The notes under the pieces: model-generated
The model's database searches: none
Told to the model about the DNA's origin: nothing
What the model saw: only the letters and a program-made list of their open reading frames with translations
Assembly (NCBI GenBank): GCA_964452895.1
Contig: CAYVRY010000003.1
Span: 1 to 56,997, forward strand
Source: an uncultured Halobacteriales archaeon
Lineage (GTDB): Archaea > Thermoplasmatota > E2 > JACPAO01 > JAHWKR01
Reading direction: 5' to 3'
Length of the DNA stretch: 56,997 nucleotides
Translations under genes and position numbers: made by a program
Shown here: positions 46,052 through 56,997 of the stretch, piece after piece
How the letters are laid out: the number at the start of each line of letters is the position of its first letter
How positions within the stretch are numbered: the first letter of the stretch is position 1

Positions 46052-47167
46052 TCATACCTGGGTTTCGTAGATCCGGTAGGTCTTGTAGTGCTCGCTGCCG
46101 GTGCGTTCGATGCTGCGGTTGATGGCTTGGTTGTCTTCCAGGGTCCACGAGAGTTCCCCCCATTGGAGGCCTTTTCGTTTGCCGGCCTCGTGCAGCCGGC
46201 CGTAGAGCCCGGTCAGGATCGCCCGGCTCCAGGGCCCGCGGTGCTTGGGGAGGATCCCCACGAGCATGAGGCGGGCGGTCTGGGTGCCTTGGACCTTCAA
46301 CCGCCACAGGAGGCGTGCCCATCCCAGGGGCAGAAGCCGGCCGTCGAGATCGGCGATCGCTTCGTTCACGTTGGGGACGGCCACGGCCATGCCGGCGGGT
46401 TCCCCGTCCAGTTCCGCGATCAGGATGTAGTCGGGGTCGGCGATGGGTTTCAACCCTTTCGCGGTGGCCCGCAGTTCGGATCTCGTGATCGGTGAGAATC
46501 CCCAGTTGTCCTTCCACGCCTCGTTGTAGATCGATACGATGACGCCGAGTTCCTCTTCGAATTTCTTCAGGTCCACGTTCCGGAAGACGAGCCGGTCCTG
46601 TGATTTCGTGGCTTCGTATTCGTCGATCACGTTCTGCGGCATGCCTCCGACCGTGAAGCGGTACGCGAAGAGGTCCTTCTTCTTCTCCAGCCCGGCGCCT
46701 TTCAGGAGCGCGTCGTAGTGTTCGCCGTTGTGGTTCATCATGAGCATGGGCGGGCTGTCGAAGCCTTTGACCAGGACTCCCAGTGGCTCGTGGCTGGTCC
46801 AACAATAGGGCCCTTGCATGCGTGCCCGGCCTTCTTCCCGGACCCAGGAGGTGGCGGCGTCCACGAGTTGCCGGGCGGCGCCCGGGTCGTCGACGCAGTC
46901 GAAGAACCCGAACGAGGCCGTGTCCGAGTCGTGGCGGGGGTCGTAGTGGGCGCTGATCCGTCCCACGGTCTTGCCGTCCTGCTTGGCAAGGAAGAGCCGG
47001 GCGCGGGCGTGGCGCAGGAAAGGATGACGTTTCGTGTCCAGTTGCTCCTTCATCTGCATGCGCAGCGGCGGGATCCAGTTCGGATCGTCGCGGTTCAACC
47101 GGTATGGGAGTTCCAGGAACCGCCGTCGGTCTGGGTCGCTTTCCACCGGTTCGGCCCGAAGGGTCAT
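46052..47167 (-). CDS. Long (371 aa) GNAT-superfamily N-acyltransferase, YghO-like, candidate bacterial-type ceramide synthase
   Basis: N-terminal FLELPYRLNRDDPNWIPPL...FLAKQDGKTVGRISAHYD...FGFFDCVDDP is the hallmark of the long GNAT family. A 16-nt gap separates it from the upstream alpha-oxoamine synthase gene. Confidence 0.55.
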   Translation of the reverse strand: MTLRAEPVESDPDRRRFLELPYRLNRDDPNWIPPLRMQMKEQLDTKRHPFLRHARARLFLAKQDGKTVGRISAHYDPRHDSDTASFGFFDCVDDPGAARQLVDAATSWVREEGRARMQGPYCWTSHEPLGVLVKGFDSPPMLMMNHNGEHYDALLKGAGLEKKKDLFAYRFTVGGMPQNVIDEYEATKSQDRLVFRNVDLKKFEEELGVIVSIYNEAWKDNWGFSPITRSELRATAKGLKPIADPDYILIAELDGEPAGMAVAVPNVNEAIADLDGRLLPLGWARLLWRLKVQGTQTARLMLVGILPKHRGPWSRAILTGLYGRLHEAGKRKGLQWGELSWTLEDNQAINRSIERTGSEHYKTYRIYETQV

Positions 47168-47183
47168 GGTGTCCTCTCCATGA

Positions 47184-48461
47184 TCAGATCACACCGAGCC
47201 GTTTGCCGACGCGTTCGAAGACCCCGAGGGCTTCTTCGATCTGTTCACGTTCGTGTCCGGCGGTGAGGCTCGTGCGCAGCAGGCCGCCGCCGGAGGGCAC
47301 ACTGGGCCAGACCGCGGCGTTCACATAGACGCCCTCGTTGAGCAGCTCCCGCCACATCTTGAAGACCAGGAAGTCCTGTCCGAGCAGGACGGGCACCACG
47401 GGGGTCTCACCGACGGTCTTGAACCCGAGGCCGGTGAGGCCTTTGCGCCAGATGTTCGCGTTCTGGTTCACGCGTTCGATCCGTTCCGGTTCGTCGCGCA
47501 GGATGTTCAAGGCGGCGTTCGCCGCGGCGAGGTTCGGGGGCGCCAAGGAGGCGCTGAAGATCATGCTGCGCCCGTAGTGCTTGATGTAGTTCATCACGAG
47601 GCGTTCCCCGGCGACGAATCCGCCGATGGAGGCGAGGGATTTGCTGAAGGTGCCCACGATCAGGTCCACGTCGTCCTGCACCCCGTAATGGAAGGCCGTG
47701 CCGCGTCCGCCGGGGCCGATCGTGCCCACGCCGTGGGCGTCGTCCACGAGCACGCGGGCGTTGTGCCTCTTGGCCACCTCGATGATCTCCGGGAGCGGGG
47801 CGAGGTTGCCGTGCATGCTGAACAGGCCGTCGGTGACGATCAGGCATCCCGTGTCGCCGTTCTGGTGGCGCTGGAGCAGGCGTTCCATCTGGGCCACGTT
47901 GCCATGGGGGAAGACGGCACTGCGGCCCTGCGAGAGCCGGCAGCCGTCCATGATCGAGGCGTGGGAGTGGTTGTCGATGAGCGCCACGGAGTGTTGGTTC
48001 AACAGGGCGGTGAAGACGCCGATGTTGGTCTGGTAACCGGTGGCGAAGACGAGGGCGGCCTCCTTGCCCAGGAAATCGGCCAGGTTGCGTTCCACCTCAA
48101 GATGGAGTTCGGAGGTGCCGTTGAGGAACCGGGAGCCGGTGTAGCTCGTGCCGTGGGACTGGGTGACCTTCTTGACCGCGTCCAGGACTCGGGGGTCGTG
48201 GGTGAGCCCGAGGTAGTTGTTCGAGCCGAACATGAGGACCTCGCGGCCCTTGATCACGGCGACGGTCCCTTCGTTGCGTTCCAGGGGCTGAAAATAGGGG
48301 TTGAGTTCCTGGGCGTCGAGCTGTTCGGAGATCAAGAACCGGCGGGCTTTCTCCAGGATATCCGGATGAGCCAAGTTCCGGTAGCGCTCCAGGACAGCGC
48401 CAGTGGATTCAAACGCAGTGTCCATCGTACCGTCTCCCAGGGCAGCCCGTTTCGGCTCCAC
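47184..48461 (-). CDS. Alpha-oxoamine synthase, serine palmitoyltransferase-like
   Basis: PLP-lysine context GTFSKSLASIGG. SNNYLGL. GSRFLNGT (the SPT-type version of this motif, versus BioF or Kbl variants). By eye it is collinear with Sphingomonas SPT to the C-terminal ...GVI. GTG at 48461 fits a leaderless start. Alternative ATG at 48425. Confidence 0.7.
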   Translation of the reverse strand: MEPKRAALGDGTMDTAFESTGAVLERYRNLAHPDILEKARRFLISEQLDAQELNPYFQPLERNEGTVAVIKGREVLMFGSNNYLGLTHDPRVLDAVKKVTQSHGTSYTGSRFLNGTSELHLEVERNLADFLGKEAALVFATGYQTNIGVFTALLNQHSVALIDNHSHASIMDGCRLSQGRSAVFPHGNVAQMERLLQRHQNGDTGCLIVTDGLFSMHGNLAPLPEIIEVAKRHNARVLVDDAHGVGTIGPGGRGTAFHYGVQDDVDLIVGTFSKSLASIGGFVAGERLVMNYIKHYGRSMIFSASLAPPNLAAANAALNILRDEPERIERVNQNANIWRKGLTGLGFKTVGETPVVPVLLGQDFLVFKMWRELLNEGVYVNAAVWPSVPSGGGLLRTSLTAGHEREQIEEALGVFERVGKRLGVI

Positions 48462-48480
48462 CGAGCCGTCAAACAGGGGG

Positions 48481-48490
48481 CAATATATAA
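48481..48490 (-). promoter_or_regulatory. TATA-like box upstream of the SPT-like operon
   Basis: caatatataa (minus strand TTATATATTG) lies 20-29 nt upstream of the GTG at 48461, the same geometry as at 6736-6750. Confidence 0.4.
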
Positions 48491-48680
48491 GAGCCGGGCC
48501 TTAAGGCGCGTTTTTTCGGCTGTCCGGCGCCTCGCCTAGCTCGGTCCCGGGGCTTCGCCGTTTGACGCGGCGGTGCCGTTGGTTTTCCACCCTTGTCTTC
48601 AGTTTCCGGGCTTGGGCGTGCCCGTGCACTGGTCCACCCGGTCGCGGCGGGCGCGGTGGCCGGGGGGTCCTGTTCGACCG

Positions 48681-50279
48681 TCAGTCCCGCTTGCTGCGCC
48701 GCGGGCCGGAGGGCCGCCTGTGCGCCCGGACGAGCGCGGTCAGCGCAACGAGCAGCAGGACGACGCCCGGCGCGCCGGTACTCACGATGTCGTCGAAGTC
48801 CACGGTGTTGTTGCCCGCTTGGAAGGGGTCGCTGTCTCCGCCGGCTTTGAACTGGAAGTGACGCGCCGTGTTGATCTCGTTGCCATAGAACGGGGTCGGC
48901 GGGGCCGGGGTGAGGGAGTAGGGGTCCACGTGCAGGGTGTAGTCGCCGTTTTTGGGCGGGGTGAAGGTGAACGGGTAGTCGCCGTCGGCATGGGTGTGCA
49001 GTTTGCCGGCCAAAAGCAGGCGGTCCGTGTCGCCGTGGGTGATCCGGATGTTGATCTCGCCGTGCGCGAAGGGTTCGCCGGCCAGCGAGTTCACCCGGAC
49101 GGTGACCTGGCTGGGCTCTCCGGCGGTGACGTCTTCGAGCCCGTCCACGGTGACGAGGTGCGGGCCCGGCGTCAACGTCGCCACCGGCGGCAGCACGGAG
49201 TAGGTGAATTCGGCGGTGCCGGTCCAGTCCGTGCGGCTGTCTTCGGCTTCCACGACGAGACGATGGTCGCCCACGGTCTGGTGGCTCGTGGTGATCTCAA
49301 GGATCCCGTCGAAACTGTGCAGGGTCTGTGCCTCGAACAGGACGTCCCCGTGTGGGCCCGTGATCGTGGCGTCGTAGTCCAGGTGCTCCACGGGGCGACC
49401 CGTCTCGCTGTCCACCACGCTGGTGACCAGTCGGATCGGGCTCCCCGCGCCCACGCTTGTGTAGGGGTCGTACGAGGCGAAGATCCGGTACGGTTCGGCC
49501 GCGCTCCCCCGGTCGACCCGGTTCTCGAGGGCGTCGTTCGTGATCAGCCCGGGCAGTCCCGGCGGGCCGGGTTCCACGTCCACGGTGTGCGTCGTGGTGA
49601 AGGCGGCGAACGTGGCCACGCCTTCTCCGGCGAATGCCTCGAAGGCGCTCAGACGCAACTGGTGCTCACCGGCTTCTTCGAAGACATAGTCCAGGGCGTG
49701 GTCGGCTTCCGGGTCGTGGGCGTGCGTGTCGGTCTTGAAGACGAGGGAGTCGCGCTCTACGTTCCAGATCTCCAGGTCCACTTGGGCATGCCGGATCGTC
49801 TCACCCTGCGCGTCGACCACGCGGTAGCGAAGCGGCGTCGGTTCTCCCGTCGTCGTCGTGGTGGGCGGGTCCCATTGCAGGCTCGCTTTTCCCTCCGCGT
49901 GTTCATGCACCACGCCTGCGAAGGAGGCGGTGGCGTCCTCGTCGCCGGGCACGCGCACGTCGACGCTGTAGTCGCCTGCGCCGGGGAAGGCGATCATGTA
50001 GCGTCCGATGCCGTCATAGTCGTGGCCGCTGGCGGCGGTCGTGGCGAACAGCGTCGTGTTGCGGTAGGTGACCACGAACTCGGCGTCCTGGTGGACTTGT
50101 GGTGCGCCGCGTGCGTCCAAAAGCGCCCAGCCGAACCGGTTCAGGTTGTCGGCATGGGTATCCCCGTTGGGCGGGTTCTCATGCAGGACCACGGCGTGTG
50201 ATTCTTGCCCCACGGCCGCGGGTGCGAACAGGGTGATCAACAGGACCAAGGCGAACAAGACGGGGCCACGAACACGCAT
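48681..50279 (-). CDS. Secreted protein with four His-rich Ig-like repeats and a C-terminal P-G-x/TM/basic anchor
   Basis: Signal peptide. Four about 110-aa repeats ending in GDYSVDVRV, GEHQLRLSAF, GDHRLVVEAE and GDYTLHVDP. C-terminal GAPGVVLLLVALTALVRAHRR. Confidence 0.6.
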   Translation of the reverse strand: MRVRGPVLFALVLLITLFAPAAVGQESHAVVLHENPPNGDTHADNLNRFGWALLDARGAPQVHQDAEFVVTYRNTTLFATTAASGHDYDGIGRYMIAFPGAGDYSVDVRVPGDEDATASFAGVVHEHAEGKASLQWDPPTTTTTGEPTPLRYRVVDAQGETIRHAQVDLEIWNVERDSLVFKTDTHAHDPEADHALDYVFEEAGEHQLRLSAFEAFAGEGVATFAAFTTTHTVDVEPGPPGLPGLITNDALENRVDRGSAAEPYRIFASYDPYTSVGAGSPIRLVTSVVDSETGRPVEHLDYDATITGPHGDVLFEAQTLHSFDGILEITTSHQTVGDHRLVVEAEDSRTDWTGTAEFTYSVLPPVATLTPGPHLVTVDGLEDVTAGEPSQVTVRVNSLAGEPFAHGEINIRITHGDTDRLLLAGKLHTHADGDYPFTFTPPKNGDYTLHVDPYSLTPAPPTPFYGNEINTARHFQFKAGGDSDPFQAGNNTVDFDDIVSTGAPGVVLLLVALTALVRAHRRPSGPRRSKRD

Positions 50280-50539
50280 CGAGGGCGCAGTGGCAAGGTG
50301 GCTACTTAAGTTCGTTGCTTGCCAGGGAGCCCGCCCCCTTCTGGAGCTCGCCGTTTTTTGCCGGCGGGGGCCCGCGCGCGCCCGCCGCGGCCGGCCGTGT
50401 TCGGCGTCCCGCCCCGCCGGGATCCGCCTGCGTCGCCGGGATGCGTGAAGCGACGAAACGGCCCATGCTTCATCATGCCGGGCGGACGCCGTGCGCAGGC
50501 TTGAAGAGGCCGACGGCTTGTCCCGACAGGGTCTGAGTC

Positions 50540-52267
50540 GTGTCGAAGAACACCGAAGTGGCGGCCTTCCTGGATGAGTTCGCGGATATCCTGGAACTCA
50601 AGGAGGTCAAGTTCAAACCGGAGGCGTATCGCCGGGCCGCGCAGCAGGTGCGTGTGTTCCCTGACGACATCGGCGACGTGGCACGAGACGAAAGGCTGCA
50701 CGAGATCCCGGGCGTGGGGGCGTCCATCGCCGCGAAGATCGCGGAGTACGTGGAGAAGGGCGAGGTCAAGGAGCTCACGAAACTGAGGAAAGAGGTGCCG
50801 GGGGGCCTCGCTGAACTCATGGACCTGCCCGGGCTGGGGCCGAAACGGGTCGCCCTGTTGAACAAGGAGCTGGGCATCAAGGACGCGGCGTCCTTGAAGA
50901 AAGCCGCCGAAGAGAAGAAGATCGAGAAGATCGACGGTCTGGGGGCCAAGACGCAACAGGAGATCCTGGACGGTTTGTCGCGGCAGCGGGACAAGCCCGA
51001 GCGCTTCCCACAGGGACGGGGGCTCCAGGTGGCCTCGCGGTTCATCAGGCTCATCGAGAAGACGGGCAAGGCGGACTCTGTGGGTTACGCGGGTTCCCTG
51101 CGCCGGGGACGGGACACGTTGGGGGACCTGGACCTCCTGGTGGCGGCCGGGGAAAGCGATGCGGAGGCGATCATGACCGCGTTCGTATCCGCGTCGGAGG
51201 TGGAGGATGTGATCGCGCACGGGCAGAAGAAATCGAGCGTGCGTCTTTCGGACGGGCTCCAGGTGGACCTGCGGGTCGTCACCCCGGACCAGTACGGCGC
51301 GGCGCGCCTGTATTTCACGGGTTCGAAGGCGCACAACGTGGCGCTGCGCAAGCGGGCCAACGGGTATGGTTGGACGCTCAATGAGTACGGCTTGATGCGG
51401 AAGAAAGACGACAAGGTGATCGCGGGGAGGACGGAAGAGGAGATCTACAAAAAACTGAAGTTCGAGTGGATCCCGCCGGAGATCCGGGAGGACCAGGGGG
51501 AGATCGACGCCGCGAAAAAAGGCAAACTGCCGAGGCTCCTGGAGCGCTCCGACGTGATCGCGGACCTGCACACGCACACGAACTATTCAGACGGGCGCGA
51601 CAGCCCGCGGAAGATGCTGGAGGCGGCGCAGGCGAGCGGGTTGAAGGTCTACGGGTTCAGCGACCATTCGTACACGTTGCGGTTGTCGAAGGGGGAGGAC
51701 GCGAAGATCCGCAAGCAGGCCAAGGAATTGGATAAGCTCAGGGAGGAGTTCCCGGACATGACGATCCTTCTGGGTTCCGAGGTGAACATCAAGAAGGACG
51801 GTTCCCTTGATTCTCCGAAAAAGATCCTGGCGGGGTTGGATTACGTGATCGGCAGCGTGCACAACGCGTTCGATTTGCCGGAGAAGGAGCAGACGAGGCG
51901 GGTCCTCAAGGCGATCGACGAGGGGATCGACATCTTCGGCCATCCGTCGGGGCGCAAGATGCCCAAGCGGGAACCGATCCGTTTCGATGATCGCAAGGTC
52001 TTCGAGGCGTGCGCCGAACAGGGGGTCTTGTTGGAGGTGGACGGGCAACCGGAGCGTCTGGACCTGCCCGGCGAACGGGTGCTCAAGGCGAAGCAGGCGG
52101 GATGTCGCTTCGTGGTGGACTCCGACGCGCACAGCACCGAGGCCCTGGAGTTCATGGGACACGCCGTGACCCAGGCGCGTCGGGGTTGGCTGGAGAAAGA
52201 GGACGTGGTCTCCACTTGGACGGCGAAGCAGATCCAGGGTGCCCTCGGGCGGATGAAGAAAGAGTAG
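50540..52267 (+). CDS. polX: Family X DNA polymerase with a C-terminal PHP domain
   Basis: HhH motifs, the GSLRRGRDTLGDLDLLV nucleotidyltransferase motif and PHP motifs DLHTHTNYSDG and DSDAHS. GTG start. Confidence 0.85.
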   Translation: MSKNTEVAAFLDEFADILELKEVKFKPEAYRRAAQQVRVFPDDIGDVARDERLHEIPGVGASIAAKIAEYVEKGEVKELTKLRKEVPGGLAELMDLPGLGPKRVALLNKELGIKDAASLKKAAEEKKIEKIDGLGAKTQQEILDGLSRQRDKPERFPQGRGLQVASRFIRLIEKTGKADSVGYAGSLRRGRDTLGDLDLLVAAGESDAEAIMTAFVSASEVEDVIAHGQKKSSVRLSDGLQVDLRVVTPDQYGAARLYFTGSKAHNVALRKRANGYGWTLNEYGLMRKKDDKVIAGRTEEEIYKKLKFEWIPPEIREDQGEIDAAKKGKLPRLLERSDVIADLHTHTNYSDGRDSPRKMLEAAQASGLKVYGFSDHSYTLRLSKGEDAKIRKQAKELDKLREEFPDMTILLGSEVNIKKDGSLDSPKKILAGLDYVIGSVHNAFDLPEKEQTRRVLKAIDEGIDIFGHPSGRKMPKREPIRFDDRKVFEACAEQGVLLEVDGQPERLDLPGERVLKAKQAGCRFVVDSDAHSTEALEFMGHAVTQARRGWLEKEDVVSTWTAKQIQGALGRMKKE

Positions 52268-52366
52268 GCCGTAAATATCGGGGGGCCGGGGAAAGCCCTG
52301 AGGCGTGATGGGACGGGCAAGGGGTCAAATGTTCCAGTCGGCAAAGCCTCTTGGTGTAGGTTCTCC

Positions 52367-52843
52367 ATGGTCAAAAGCAGTGAGACGATGACCATGGGAG
52401 AAAAGATCGATCCAGTGATCAACCAGCATATCCAGCAGGAGCAGAGCCAGAGGCGCCAGCGGGAACGCGAGGAGTATGAACGAAGGGTCCAGGATGGCGA
52501 GATGCCGTGGCGGGAATCGTCGGGCATCATGTCCGTTCTCAACGCGGTGCGGGACCGGGAGTTCCCCTGTTCCTTTGACCGCCTGCGCATGGAGATCGGG
52601 GACCGTGAAGTGGTCACCGCCAAGGGCCGGGGCCACCCGGTCTCGGAGGTGCTGGACGTGGTGGAGCCCCGTCTGGACCCGGAGAAGGACCCCCTTCTGG
52701 AGGACTGGAGTGTCCCGAGCATCAAGGATTTCGAGGGGATCATGCAGCGTCACTGGGAGGCCGTCCAGTATGACGACGTCCCGGACGACCAGAAGCCCGT
52801 CCGGGGCGGAGCCAACCCGCACGACCCGCGCACCCGCGGTTGA
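52367..52843 (+). CDS. Hypothetical protein
   Basis: 158-aa ORF with a charged coiled N-terminus. No motif recognised. Confidence 0.35.
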   Translation: MVKSSETMTMGEKIDPVINQHIQQEQSQRRQREREEYERRVQDGEMPWRESSGIMSVLNAVRDREFPCSFDRLRMEIGDREVVTAKGRGHPVSEVLDVVEPRLDPEKDPLLEDWSVPSIKDFEGIMQRHWEAVQYDDVPDDQKPVRGGANPHDPRTRG

Positions 52844-52960
52844 GCGGGCACGCCATTGAGCGGGCGTTCGCAAGGTCGGGGGTGGATATGTCCGGGAGGG
52901 TGCCCACCGCGGGCAAAACCCTCTTCATGGGCGGACACGCATCGCGGCGTTGGTGAAACC

Positions 52961-53362
52961 ATGCCACTTGGACTCGAAAACGTAGACCCACAGAAGAACA
53001 AGGACTACTACCGGCAGATGATGGACGCGGAGGTCGATGCAGCGACCTTGATCGGAGCGATCAAGAAAGGCGAGGACGACTTCCAGATCGTTGACGTGCG
53101 CGATGAGGAGAGTTACAACAAGGGCCACATCAAGGGTGCGATCAACATCCAGCTCGACGAGCTCTCCAACCGCATGAAGGACCTGGACAAGGACAAGGGG
53201 GTACTGACCTATTGTTACGACCCGCCCTGCATGCTGTCCGTGAAGGCGGCACGGATCCTGTCGGACCAGGGCTTCAAGGTCAAGGACATAGGCGGCGGCT
53301 TCGAGAACTATCAGAAGAACGAAGGCCCCGTCGAGAAGGGGACCGCCGAACTCACGCATTAG
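52961..53362 (+). CDS. Rhodanese-like domain protein
   Basis: IVDVRDEESYNKGHIKGAINI and YCYDPPCMLSVKAARILSDQGFKV fit the rhodanese fold and active-site loop region. ATG at 52961. Confidence 0.65.
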   Translation: MPLGLENVDPQKNKDYYRQMMDAEVDAATLIGAIKKGEDDFQIVDVRDEESYNKGHIKGAINIQLDELSNRMKDLDKDKGVLTYCYDPPCMLSVKAARILSDQGFKVKDIGGGFENYQKNEGPVEKGTAELTH

Positions 53363-53391
53363 ACGCCTGGACGCGGCGTGAGGACCGTGGC

Positions 53392-53491
53392 TTTGCCCTC
53401 GTCTTGTCTCAGCCCATTTGCCCTCGACCTGTCTCAGCCCATTTGCCCTCGACCTGTCTCTGCCCATTTGCCCTCGACCTGTCTCTGCCCA
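53392..53491. repeat. Tandem direct repeat, 4 x 25 bp (TTTGCCCTCGACCTGTCTC[A/T]GCCCA)
   Basis: Units at 53392-53416, 53417-53441, 53442-53466 and 53467-53491. Unit 1 has two substitutions. Units 1-2 and 3-4 differ at one A/T position. Intergenic, between the rhodanese gene and ligA. Confidence 0.95.
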
Positions 53492-53601
53492 GGGTGCATC
53501 CCGGCAACCGTCCGGGCCCGTTCCTCCACGAGGCCATGATCGCGGCCATGAGTCGTCGTGGGTCGGTCCGCAGATACAGAGTCCGGCCCGATTCCTTCTA
53601 A

Positions 53602-56997
<3,396 letters not shown>

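Noticed and set aside
53392-53491. Possible CRISPR array
   Set aside because: The repeats are directly abutting with no spacers, there are only four units, and there are no cas genes. It is a tandem repeat, not a CRISPR array.

Overview
GC-rich, densely coded 57-kb chromosomal window. By gene content it looks archaeal: pelota, an archaeal NFACT/RqcH-type protein, archaeal-type D-aminoacyl-tRNA deacylase, a stand-alone GMP synthase subunit B, an AbrB-PhoU regulator, and AT-rich TATA-like boxes about 20-30 nt upstream of several start codons, suggesting leaderless mRNAs. It also carries many bacterial-looking genes: NAD-dependent LigA, PolX, and arsR-aqp-arsC and pstSCAB-phoU operons. I support about 56 CDS. 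I found no rRNA, intact tRNA or CRISPR array. Many 4-nt stop/start overlaps (ATGA and TTGA) indicate operons. There are many secreted or surface proteins (LVIVD and Kelch propellers, beta-helix, PKD, S8 and S1 proteases), and three of them end in a P-G-x/TM/basic sorting-like signal. Accessory content includes a RelE-type TA pair, a class II Fic protein, a low-GC AbiEi/AbiEii-like island and an orphan IS1-InsA-like gene. The main candidate for a novel system is a four-gene minus-strand operon (44125-48461): a serine-palmitoyltransferase-like alpha-oxoamine synthase, a long GNAT N-acyltransferase, an SDR reductase and a PAP2_C head-group transferase. This matches the bacterial ceramide pathway plus a phosphosphingolipid synthase, in a genome that otherwise looks archaeal. 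Other notable items are a copper amine oxidase split into two translationally coupled genes, a 4 x 25-bp tandem repeat upstream of ligA, a circularly permuted RnfC-like protein, and an endonuclease-IV-like barrel fused to a histone-H1-like tail. All functional calls come from reading motifs by eye. No database search was run.
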